A program made the position numbers and the translations under genes. From the NCBI GenBank assembly GCA_963693365.1, contig CAVNZM010000010.1, positions 8,309,794 through 8,373,793 of the forward strand: DNA of 64,000 nt. Reading direction: 5' to 3'. Below the pieces are notes generated by a model, which saw only the letters and a program-made list of their open reading frames with translations, did no database searches and was not told the origin of the DNA. This document shows, piece by piece, positions 1 through 27,736 of this stretch (positions are counted from its first letter, which is position 1; each line of letters opens with the position of its first letter). The stretch comes from Amoebidium appalachense. Its lineage: Eukaryota > Protista > Ichthyosporea.

Positions 1-217
1 AACAGTACAGAGGCAGAACTCTATTTCGAACAAGGTTCTAGTAGCCTTTTTCTATACAGTCTAGGGAAACGATCCAGTGCAAAGAATTCCCGGTGCAAAA
101 GTTTCCTGTCACCCCCCCCCCCCCCTTCTCTCCCCCCCAGCCCCCCGACCACCACCACCACCACCACCACCACCACACTAGCACGCATGCGCGTGCACAC
201 ACGCACACACATATGCG

Positions 218-248
<31 letters not shown>

Positions 249-321
249 GCACAGACGCGCGCGCACGCACACGGACATGCACGCACACACGCACACACGC
301 ACACACACGCACAAACACACA

Positions 322-368
<47 letters not shown>

Positions 369-771
369 TGCCCCTCAATCGCATGTGTGATGTTTCTTCT
401 TTGGTCCCAACCCCTGCACGACCCCTTTCCAAGCCCTTTCATTGCCTCTGCTAATGTGCACACTGTCGAACAAACACATCCACAAAATGTAACACAAATA
501 TCTTTACATTGTCAGGCATGAAAGCGGTCAGCTCTCAAGACACCTAGATTGTTAACCCCAAGATATACACATCATATATATATGCTCGCAGAGAATAAAT
601 TCTCTTTAGGCTTCTCTGTTGTTTACTCGGAACCGAAGATTCCTTGGTTTCGGAATTTGAAATAAACTTTACTTGAAACGAGATTTTGAAGAATGAGTCG
701 AGTCGTGTGTGCGTGTGCCGCAAGTCAGGAAAGACTGTGTGTGGCACAGTGAGTACTAGTTTGTGCGGCCA

Positions 772-847
<76 letters not shown>

Positions 848-996
848 ACGTGTTTGTGCGTGAGAGCTGTGGGCGCATGCACATACGTGCCGACGTGTGA
901 GCGTGTGACCGTGTGGTCGTGTGTGAGCGCCTGCATGCGTGGGTGCGTGCGTGCGTTCGTGTGTACATTTGCAAAATGCCATGCCAAACCCTCAAT

Positions 997-2157
<1,161 letters not shown>

Positions 2158-2866
2158 GAGCATATTTGGAGGATTAGCTTGTATCTGAGGTAGGAGTACA
2201 TGTAGGTGAGCTAACGTCACTTACGGGGTGCACCATGCGTACATGTATCGGGGCTTGCAGTTTGGTTTACTCCCGGTGGCCATATACGAAACGATTACGA
2301 GTTTTTCCTCTCTACATATATAGCATGCAACGGATAAATAGGTATGTCGCGCAAAAATATTAACGAGACAATGCTACAGTGACAGAACCAACATTTATGT
2401 ACCTAAACCTGGTGTCTGGGCATTGGAACACAAGGTTTTAATTAATAAACTATCACAAGACAGACACCACTAATATGAGCTCGTTAAAACTAGTGAAGCC
2501 ACTCTAGTGACGCCAAATGGTTCCTTCGGCATTACAGTACGTGACCCAAGATCTCATATGGGGCCCTGTTCATAAGTTGTTCATTCATACCATATCACAG
2601 AGAACCATTATTTTCCTCGGCCGGGGACTGCTACTAAGTGTGCCCGCATGCACGTAGAACGCGTGAATTTGGTGTCTGTTTATGTCCGTTTACGAACAAA
2701 CATGTGTGTCATAATATGTGCGCAAGCCACTGGGTGCATGCCTGTGATTTGAGTATGCATGCCACATGCATGCCTATGTGTATGCTAGAGTGTGCCAATG
2801 TCTCTATGTGTATGTGTGAGTGTGGTATGGATGGTGCCGGATTATAGAGGATTGTCAACAAAAGCA

Positions 2867-16448
<13,582 letters not shown>

Positions 16449-16601
16449 CTGTGTGCACACAGATACTCGTCGCTGAAGCGAGTGCAGAGCCAGCCGGTGC
16501 ATGGTGATGGTTTGTTTATGTGCCACAAAGGGGGGATGTGCATGTGTGTTTGTGTACTAATGGACGTACAGTGTTTCTACCTGCTGGCACCCCCAGACCA
16601 T

Positions 16602-17250
16602 GTTTATAGTAATATAACAGCCAAACGTGAAGCCCAGCGACTCTCTCTGGCGTGACGTTAAGGCCCACTAATATAACTTGCTTTTCTTTCGATATATGGA
16701 TAATGAATATTTTGTTTGAAGTTGTGGGTGTGCCGGCCGAAGCTTTTGTAGCCTGCAGCACGGCTCACCGGGCCTTACGTAATCTGCCCGCTGTACAGCT
16801 GTGGCTGCTGTGGCTCATGATCACAGGCTCTCAGTCAGCAGTCACAGCCAGAGGCCCTCTATCGAGCAAAACTGAGGAGGCTTTCATGCATAACGTACAA
16901 CTGGCGAAACACACAGTCATGACGGATCAAGGTGGGCTTGCCCAAGAGTGGGCGGACTGCACACACCTGACTATAGACACAAAGCAAATAGGGGTTGATG
17001 AAAATATGAGTAGGTGCTCGGCAGTCTAGCAATACGTTGAGCTTTCTTTGGCAATTTGAGGGAGGTTGGGTTCAACGGAAGTTTGCTTACTTACTGCTAG
17101 GTATTGATCGTGCAAGGGTGTCGTGGTACGTATACGGGTGGCAACAGAGAGTAGAAAAGTACATAACCCTGCCTTGTAAACAGAACTGAAAGAGTTTTTC
17201 TTCTGAAAGATGGCGCATGGCGAAACCGAGAAGTCTTAACATCTGCCACC
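16602..17250. promoter_or_regulatory. Probable bidirectional promoter region between RMC1 (-) and the HIT gene (+)
   Basis: Head-to-head genes under 1 kb apart; the interval has no microsatellites; Kozak gccaccATGG at 17245-17254. Confidence 0.45.
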
Positions 17251-17929
17251 ATGGCCCCCCTTCTGACGTTAATCCTTGTGCTCCTGGGTCGCATAGGGTC
17301 AGAAACACGCTGCATCTTCTGCCAGATACTTGCTAGGCAGGCACCCTCCTACACGGTCTACGAGGACAATCACGTGGTTGCCTTCCTGGACATCAACCCC
17401 GCAGCACCCTACCACACACTGGTGGTGCCTCGAGCCCACACAGCCTCCTTCCATGAGCTCACTCCAGACCAAGCTGCACACTTGGGGCGTGCGCTACCGA
17501 CCATAGCCAAGGCAGTTCAGGTATGACAAGGTTGCTCTTATACAAGTGCTCAAAAATTCCTCTCACAACGTACCGGTCCTCACAAGCCCCATACCGTAGC
17601 TACTAGCATTGTTATTGTGTGGAGAGAACATGAGGGAAAGGCAGGAAGGGCATGAGTTACTTGTACATGCTTTCTGTGACATGTGTATGTACACGCACGC
17701 TCTAACTGTTGGTTCTCGCACCAATCCACAGGCTGCTTCACAGTGTGACGGGTACAACCTTGTGCAGAACAACGGGCACGCCGCAGGGCAGCGAGTTTTT
17801 CACGTGCACGTGCACATCATACCCAGACATACGGGCGACCAGCTGGTCAGCTACAGAGAAAACGGCGTGCTCAAGGACAGTGCCCTTGCTAAGGCACAGA
17901 GGGACAAAATACGTGCACTAATATCGTGA
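17251..17929 (+). CDS. Histidine triad nucleotide-binding (HINT/HIT family) protein, 155 aa, with a hydrophobic N-terminal extension
   Basis: Exons 17251-17520 and 17732-17929 (CAG|GTATGA...ccacag|GCT, phase 0). Motifs CIFCQI, AFLDINP..HTLVVP, NNG..AGQRVFHVHVHIIPR (HxHxH triad). Confidence 0.93.
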
Positions 17930-19202
17930 CTCATCAGTAAAGATCTTTGAAGAATCTCCACGCACAACAGAGGTTAGGACTGGTGTATACATACAATCAG
18001 GCCCATCCACACATACCAAGCATGCATGCGGCACATGTATACACATACCAGGAGTGCCCCACAAAACAACATCGCCATAAACACACGAACGTAGCACATG
18101 GCTGCTAGACTAAGCCTCACCTTCTAACCAGCATGGGGTGACACACATCACCACACACATTCCTAGTAGCCACTGTTGGACACCCTCACTAAACAAGACC
18201 CGCGTGTTGTGCAGCGCAACACAGTACGTAGAGCTCCCTCCAGATTTTCAGACATATGCACATGCAAGTTTAATATAGAGGTTAAATTTAAGATAAGATT
18301 ATTCATGCCACCGTGTCTGTAGGTACATAGTGTACACCAATCAATATTAGGTGGCATTTTCGGAGCTCCTTTCTATATATGGTAATATTGCCATATACAG
18401 ACAAAGCCAGCCATAGAAGCTATGTGATCACGTCATCATGGCGCTATAGCTATACTGCAGACGTACCTGCACATGTACATGTAAACTGTTGAGCCGTGGC
18501 CCGTGACTGGTGTGCCCGTGGTTCCGAGCCTCTAACCTGTGACACCCATATGCAATCAATATCATATTAGAAACACTAGTCCAAGGGACCGGTGCCAAGC
18601 TAATCAACCACACCACATGTAGGAGAAGTGCTGGAGAGGGGCCCCCGGGGTGCCCCGGGGGGGGGGGGGGGGGGGGGGGGAGGGAGGGAGGGTTGAGTGC
18701 GTTATAACAGAGTTACACGAAGCACATATTCCGTGATCATGACGGACAACACAACGTCTTAGCTAAGTGCAAACCACACGCGGTGTGTGTGTGTGTTGTG
18801 GGGGGAGGGGGGGGGGGGGGGGGGGGGGGGGAGTTGTTCGAATGTGTCAGAGTACGACTCACACACACAAGTACGACGGACAACATCATGCGGATTATGC
18901 AATATAATCCAAGGCCATCCTGCCGCGGACCGGGGGGAGGGGGGGGGGAGGGAAGTCACAACCAGGATATGAACAGTCGTGTGCACCAAGATAAAACGAG
19001 AGGCTTTATTTGAGAGTACAGCCAGGTACCAAGAAACAGTAGTTACATTTATCTTCTATCATAAGCAGCGAGCAGAAAAACCAAACAAGTTTATATGCAC
19101 ACCTGTCATATATCAATCATATCACACCATCAGCACTAGAAATATACCACCCCGCCTGGGGCATGCAAAGAAAACACTAGCACACAGGCACTAAATATGC
19201 AT

Positions 19203-22200
19203 CTATTGGAACGAGGGCTGGAAACCGCCGCCGTATCCTCCACCAAACGACTGGGGAGATTGCATGCCAGGCATGCCCATGCCTCCCATGCCCATGCCAC
19301 CCATCCCCGGGGCCATGCCCATGCCGGGGGCCATTCCCATGCCGGGGGCCATGCCGCCCATGCCAGGCGCCATTCCACCCATCGGTGCCATGCCGAAGCC
19401 CGGGGCAGTGAGCATGAGCTGGTTGGTCTCTGCGGGGTGAATGCTGGTCAGAACAAGTATGATACACAAGTGTGGCAATGATTTACCCCCCCCCCCCCCC
19501 CCCCGCCCCCTTTTTTTTTTTTAAACCTATCCTTCCTCACAGAGACTACTGTCTTCCACTTGGCACTGCCTATACCCCCAGGCAGGATGGTACATGTATA
19601 CATGATCTTCCCTGTGCTTAGTAGTATCGTATGGTGCATGAACACAAGTCAAGTGCAGTCACTCACCGAACATCAGGGGCTGGGCCTTGTTCTCGTTCTC
19701 CGCCTCCTCCTCCTTCTTGACCAGGTGGTGCTTCTGCAAGTCGTCCACCTGCACACACACACACAGTCAGCACAGGGAACACCCCTACTAGCCACTCATG
19801 TGGCCCACAAACAACCAACCCCAAACCACCGAGACCGTACATTGCCCACGTGTAATACGTCCGCACAGGGGGCGGGGCGGGGCGGGGAAGGGGGGGGGGG
19901 GGGGGGGGGGGGCTTGCAGAGTGCACAGACACATTCACGTCGAACAACACTGTTGAGACTTTGCGATCCAACATTCCAAAATGGGCTTATTAAAGGAAAG
20001 GGGAGGGGGCACATACCCGTGCGAGGTACTCCCGGGCAACCTGGATGAGGTAGGGCATGGCATAGTCCATGATGTTGTTGCGCCAAGCGATCTCCATCAC
20101 CACGTCCGGGCGCAGCAGGTCGTAGCAGATGTACAGGCAGGCCGCAAAGCATGCATGGTGGCCCAAGCCGACAAAGAAGTTGAGCAGCGCCTCGGCTGTC
20201 TCGGCATCCTTGCTCTCTGCTGCATACTCCATGGCATCCTACACCCCAAAACGTCAGCATGGAGCAACACGAGGCCCAGAGGTATGTGTAGTCAAATTTA
20301 TCGGATACTGAAGCAAAGGAGGGGGGTGGTGTGGTACATAATTACGAAGGGCACCCTCACAAGGTGATCTGGATTAGATAGAACAGTCAGTTGGTTGCGC
20401 ACTAAGTAGAGCCCATCCAATGGGAGTTCACGTTGGGAGGGAGGGAGGGAGGGAGGGAGGGAGGGAGAGAGTGAGAGAGAGAGAGAGAGAGACGGGAGTG
20501 TGTGTGTGTGCGTTTTGGGGGGGATGTTACATACCTGGTAGAGGCTGTCCTCCTTGCACAGGCTGACGGCCTGGGCCCACCTGCCGTTCTTCTTATACAT
20601 GTAGGCGGCAATCCGTCGGAACTCAATCAGCTCGTGCTTCTCAAGCTGTACACACACCCAGTCAGCACACATCGCAGCCACACATGCAGAAAGCAATACG
20701 TGTGTCTATGGCCACAACAATGCATGTTCAAGAGGGTGGTGTAAGCGTGTATTTGTCTTCCTGACATCAATCAGACACGGTTAACTTGGGGGCAAGGTAA
20801 TGCAGCTGTGGATGCTACAAAACATGCATGAACACTGATTGCGTACCTGCTGGGCCAGGGCAATGGCGTCAAAGTTGTCGAAGGAGTCGATGGAGTGGCG
20901 CAGGCTGGCAAAGTCGTTCTCGTCCACAAGCAGCTGGTTGAGGTTCTGTGCACACCAGAAGGTCAGTAGCCGACCAGTGTATATGCACCATACAGGCACA
21001 ACTGTGCTGAATCTAAAAATGTGAAAGCATGCTAGTAGAGAGACGACGTATCAAGCTGTTTCTCTCTCGCTTCTGTCGCTCCACCTCCCTCTCTCCCCCC
21101 CAAGTCTACCTCCATCAGGGCCTTCTCATACCCTTCCTCTCTCTGCCTCCCACTCCTCAGCATGTGTGTGTGTGTGTATGCGTGTGTGTACGTGTGTGTG
21201 TGTGTGTGTGTGCCCGCGCACGCTTGAGTGCACATGTGTTTGTGCATGTGCCCATGTGTGCATGTGTGCATGCGGTGTGTGTACATGTGCACACACCTCG
21301 TTGATGGCCTTGATGTTCTGCTGCTGCACCAGCTGCATGTATGGGCGGATGAGGGGCAGGTGGCCCAGCTTCTTGAACATCATCACCGTGCGCACGTGGT
21401 CGATCTTGTTGACCACCGCCGTCAGAAGCTCGTTCTGCGCCACACACCAAAGTGTCAGTCCATGACAGTCACCAATGTGTGCAAGTCTTGACATGTCTTT
21501 GACAAGGGGTCGAGAAAGCAGCAGTGGTGGCTATTATAATCATTGACGCAGGAAAGCAGGACGGCAGCAGACGGCTTGGAAAGCATGAATTTCTGAATTT
21601 AGGGACCGTGTGTGCATGCGTGTGTGGGCTTTATGCCTGTGTGTGGATAGAACACGTACCAGCAGCAGGGGGGCAACGTCGAGGTAGAACTGCAGGGCCT
21701 TGTAGACAATCTCCGTGTTGGCGCACTTGCCCAGCGTGTCCTTGAACTGCGCATGCTCCCAGGCATCAGCGGCGTGCTTCATCATCGCCTGGAAACAAAA
21801 AAAAGCATTAGTTTGACTCCACTCGTTGATAGAATGTGGGAAACATTTTATACATATATAGATCAAGCACAAACAGTTAAAAATAATAAAGCATAAGTCC
21901 CTTGCATACATGCGCATGCACACATCATCTTTTGAGCATGTGGGTGTGTGGCCATGCACGCGTTTACGGAGCCATACCAGGGCTGCATTGTCGAACTCGT
22001 CGTAGTGCACGTAGAGGAACACCAGTTCCTTCCACAGGTGCGCATCCTCGGCAGCACGCACAACCTTGGGGATGTTGACACGGGACCTGCAGCAACCACC
22101 ATAAGTGTTCCACTCTTGAGGTGCATGCTGGCCACACTGACAAAATGCTGCATGGACACACACAGCCAAGCATTCCGTCTACACACTACTTCATACGTGC

Positions 22201-23435
22201 ACAACCGAGTATGCCATCTACACATAACTGCTTGTGTTGTCCAGTGTAAGCAAAACTACATCTTTTCTACCACTCCTGCATTGCGATAAGTAGGGCCCCA
22301 GGGAATATGACTGACCAGAAGAGCTTGAGGTGCTCCATCATCTTCTCGGGCTTGTGGCGGGAGTAGAGGATTGCCAGCTCCGTAAACATGCCCATGTGCG
22401 CACGCTCCAGACCAAGACCGGCCTCCAAAAGGGTGATGACCTCATTGAAGTAGCCTGCAGGATACGTGTGTGGTAATAGGTCAGTTCGAATCCGAAGCAT
22501 GTATCCATGATTGCAAACCATTAGCTAGCCCTCACTGCCAGCTGTCACCCCTAGCTCCCCCCATGTTTCGTTTTTATAACCTTCGGACTGCCTCCTAGTT
22601 TCGTAGGATAAGCCACACATGTGCGAGGCCAATTGATGATCCCTTGCATTTCAGCATTAACTTGCATACAAACAAAAAACAATTGGGGGGGCACATACCC
22701 CTGCTGACGTAGTAGTTGATCAGCTCCTGCAGCTCGTCGGCATGGACCACAATGTGCAGACCGGCAATCTGTCCCAGCCGGAACTCCTTGGCATCCACGC
22801 AGGCATAGCACACTGGGGAGAGGGGCGGGTCAGCAGCCATACAGGTCCTGTCCTCGTCCACCCATACGCTGGAAGCCCCACACCACGTTTGCCCATCCAT
22901 GCACACACAGGTACTGCACATGAACCTCACACATCAACCTGCCCGTGCACGTACCCTCCTTCCATGTGCGGGTGCTGTTTGCCTTGCGGGCGCTGTCGAC
23001 GGCGGCCTGGAACTCGCCCAGCTTGACGAGGGTCTGGGCCAGCCGGGCAAAGTTGCTGACGTTGTTGAACAGCAGCCGCGCTGCCTGGTACATGCCCGCA
23101 TCGAAGCAGCGGTCGCCAACCTGCACACACAGTGTGAGCATGAGTCCAAGGGGCAGACACGGGTCCACGCCGCATGCACGGCAGGCAGGCACGTGCAGCA
23201 GGAGCCACACACTTACCTCCTGGATCTTGGCCAGGCAGTTGGGGCCGGAGATGAACTCCTCCAGGTCGGACAGGCGGTCGCACTTGGCATAGGCGTAGAT
23301 CAGCTCGGTCTCGATGTAGGGCTCACGGGTCTTGGCCCGGGCCATGTTGAGGTAGCGCACAAGGTCCTCGAACTTGTCGGCCTGGTTGGCTGCCACAATC
23401 ACCTGCACAAACACAACAGCCATGTCAGCACACAT

Positions 23436-23488
<53 letters not shown>

Positions 23489-25127
23489 CCGGCACACATG
23501 GGGGCAGGCACGTACGTCGATGTAATTAGTGGGGTCCTGGGCCTTGATGTATGAGTCGATGGCCTCCTTGACCATGTGGTTGTCCAGCTGGGCCTTGGCC
23601 AGCAGGCTGTACACCTCAGGCTCGGCACAGCGCTCAGCAAACTCAAAGGCACGGTCCATGTCCTTGATGTGGTCAAGCAGCACCTGGATGGCACTTGTGT
23701 TGACCTCGAACTTCTTGAAGATGGCAAAGGCCTCCTCGTACAGCTCGCTGCCGATGGCAATGTTGGCAATGTCGGGCGCATCGTAGTTGTCCAGGCGGTT
23801 GACAAAGTCCATCACCTGCATGGTAAGAAAGTGCGTCAGAGGTGCAAAGAAAGCATGCAGCTGAATGATGTCTGTCAACCTCCTCCCAGGTTATACTAAC
23901 GGCAGCTTTAGCTGCACATCACGTGCCTCTCTCTCTCTCTCCATCTCCCCCCTCCCCCCCCCCCTCCTCCCCCTTCTCCCTCCCCGCCCGACTTCTCTCG
24001 CCCTCCCTCCCTCCTCCCCTCAATCCCCCTATCTCTTCTCCGCCCCTTCCCTCTCTCTTCCCCCCCCCCCCTTTCCCCCTCTCTTTCTACCATACCTTTG
24101 ACGTGTCAGCCTTGATAGCAGTGAGGATCAGCAGGTTCTGCAGGTTCCTGTTATCGTTGAATGCCGAGTTCTCCAGCACGATCTTCTCCAGCAGCTCGAT
24201 CAGCTCGTTGGGCAGGTCGGCCGTCATGAACGCCTTGACCGTCAGACTGACGTCATCGGGGTTGTTGGTCTCGGGCAGCGCCGTCTGCACCACCTGGTCG
24301 ATCACCTGCCGCCGGTACGTGTTGTTCTCGTCAAGCACCTTGGCCCACAGCTCGGGGTCCCGCCGCTTGACCAGGTAGCGCGACTGCAGAGAGCAATGTT
24401 AGAAAACATGCAACATACAACAACTAAAATCCACGACATTGCCTGCTGCCCTGTTCAATCTGCAGCAGTGCATATCGCCTTGCACTCATACCTTATACAG
24501 TGCCATGCAACCCACAAACGGACTCCACTAAATGCAAGGTTACACTTATCATATGCACGAGCATATACATCCCCCTCCCATATCCTCCCCCCCCCCCCCC
24601 CCCCCCCTCCCCCCCCCCCCCCCCCCCCCCCCCGCTCTCCCGTCTTCCCCGCCCCTCCCTGGTCCTTGTTGACCTTGCCCCTTCGAGCCAATGTTTCCCT
24701 CCTGCTCCCGTGCCCCACAGAACCCATTCAGCCCACACGCCACGATGGCACGAGCAAGCACGAGCACCCACCTCGCTCTTGAACAGGGAGTTCTCGTTGC
24801 ACACGTTGATCAGCTCATCATCGCAGATGCCGCGCTCATAGGCCACATAGGCCAGGTGGGGGTCACGCTTCTCGCAGTACTTGCCTGCATGCCACAGTGT
24901 CAGCCCATGCACAATGCTGATGCACACATAAGATGCTTAGGGGCATGAGAGCAGACACACATGCGTGCCATTCCTTGCTAAATGCGTGTGTGCATGCACT
25001 GAGCACGTAATAGTGTGGTGATATGTCCAGGCGTTCACTAAAAAAATGTTCAAGGGAGAATGTCGTAGCCCCGTGTGTGTGTGTGTGTGTGGGTGTGTGT
25101 GTGTGGGTGTGTGTGTGTGCGTGTGTA

Positions 25128-25165
<38 letters not shown>

Positions 25166-26047
25166 CTCGCGCGCGCGCATGTGTGTGTGTGTGCATAAGC
25201 CTGTGGGCATGCATGCACACCCTTAAATCAAGCAACACGATGTACATAATGCGGGGGGTACGTACCGACCACCCTGCTGTCGTAGTAGGGGTTCTCACGC
25301 AGGAAACGCTCGGCATTTGCGTTCATGTCGATGTAGATCTTGGCCAGGGCATTGTGTGTGTTGGGGTCCGTGCTGCCCATGGCCACCTGCTGCTCCAGCC
25401 ATGGCAGCAGCAGCTTCAGCCTGCACAAACACCCTCGTTAAAATGGTTGTAGAGCAGCACATAACATGCATGTGTAGAAAGCAGAGGGTAAAAATGTAAC
25501 AGCAACCACATCATTAGCTGTGCGTGTATGTTGTGTCCATCAGAAAAGGTATGCCACATGCATGCCACGCAAGACTACGTGCACGAGAAATGCCTCGCAC
25601 GAACACAGTACACATGCAGGACGTACCTGTTGCGCTTCTCGACCTCGGCAGACAGCTCGCCAACATCAAACTGGCCACGGACCGACAGGATGAGGTTCTT
25701 GATGATGTCCTCGCTGCAGTCCACATCCAGCAGCCCACCAACAACAACAGGCAGACGGGCAGGGTTGACCTGCACAGGAAGACATGAGCAAACAGCAAAC
25801 ATAGACATGGCATGCATATGCACTGGCCATGTGTCCATGGGTGTGGTCCCTGGGCGCTGGCACCCACTTGCATTCATGTAGCTACCTGTGTGCACGAGGT
25901 CATCCAGCAAACCTCCTTTAAGCTTCCTCTGCGTGCAATTGCCACACACATAGGGCGTGGGTGTGCGGGGTGGGGGGTAGGGAGTGGGGGTGGGATAGAA
26001 TGTGTTGCAGTGTGTGAGTGTGTGTGTGTGTGTGTTGGGGGGGGGGT

Positions 26048-26082
<35 letters not shown>

Positions 26083-27107
26083 AGGGGGGGAGGGTCCGGT
26101 ACCTTCTGGACGTAGATCTCGATGTACTTCTGCAGGTTGTTCTTGTAGAGGTACAGCACCAGGTCGTGCACAAACTCAAAGCGGTCGCACACAATGATCA
26201 GTGGCAGCTGGTCCGTCAGCCGCGACTCCTTGAGCAGGTTCTTGACACGCTCGGGGTCGAACACGTTGCTCTCACGGCAGATCCGCTCAACCTCCTTGAT
26301 CTGCCCGGTCTTGATGGCGGCCTGAACAACATGGTGCATGTTAACCAGTGCAAAGAAGAACCTGTGGTATGTACGAGCAGGAAATGTTTTATTGTGCCCA
26401 TCACACACTATTAAACCAACCTCCGTACCTACCATTTTAGCGTCTGGGTGGCGAGCAGCCGAGAGCCACATTTCTCAGATGTGGCTCACCAATCAGAAGA
26501 CGATAGCTTATTGCCGATGTCGACATACGAGAACATACGATTTCACGGCAAAGTATCAAGCTAAGGCCAAAACGACTGTGTGATAATTGTTAACAAATGA
26601 CGTCATACCCTCGATCGGTTGATAGGTTCGATAACTTCATAGGTGGCGCCAGGGCAATTTGGAATCTTCGATCGGATCAACCTCGATTGTGTCTAAAATG
26701 GAAGATACGGGCCTTGGTGTAATGCCTTGACAACCCCTTGGGGGGATCCCTAATAGCCCAAAACAAAGGCTAAGTTCAGCTACTACAGGAGAATCTCGCA
26801 CTCCACAAACGCAAATCTAATTGAGGTGGACCTGTAGTGAGTGACACACAGACATAGTGCACGAGCGGCAAAGAAATAAACCAAGAGTTTACCTGAATGT
26901 ACTTGAAGTGCACCTCGGGGTCCTGGCTGAAGTTGACAATGTTGCCGAGGAAGTAGAACAGACCTGCACGTGTATAGTGTTAGCCACTGGTGGTGGTGGG
27001 GGGGGGGGGGGGGGGGGGGGGGGTGACACTGGTTGGTGTATAATGGTCACATCAAGCAAATATGCCTCGCTGGCCAATCCTGAGCACCAACAACAAACTG
27101 GGTTGGT

Positions 27108-27149
<42 letters not shown>

Positions 27150-27679
27150 TGTGCTGTGTGCTTGCGGACCACTAGGTATGTAGTAAGAGGAGGGTTGACG
27201 GTTGTCATTTCTTTGTGTGGGTGCATTGTATGCGCACGCCCGGTTGTGTGTTCTCTGCCCCCATTCCTGCACCTAAACCACATGTGTGCGCGCACCCATA
27301 TGGGTGTGTGAGTTTCCTGCACGTGCAGATATGTGCGCGAAGTTGTGCAGAGTAATCATAGCCCACTACACCTGTGCTACTGCAAGTGCATGTCTGTGTG
27401 TGCAGGGTGCCCAAGCAACTAAAGCGGTGCACAAGTGCACGTGTGCTTTGCACATACCCTCGTAGCACTTGAAGGACTCGAACAGGTCGACCAGGGCATG
27501 GACGCCCAGCTGCTCGTGGTACTTAGCAGCCACCTGCACGACAATCTGCAGGTTCTGACGTAGGTTGGACGTCATCATGGCCTTGAGGCACTCCAGTGAG
27601 TCCTCAACAGACAGCGTGCCAAAGTACTGCACCAGCCACTGTGGTGGAAAATGGTGTTAGGACATGCGGTGTGTGCTTG

Positions 27680-27736
<57 letters not shown>

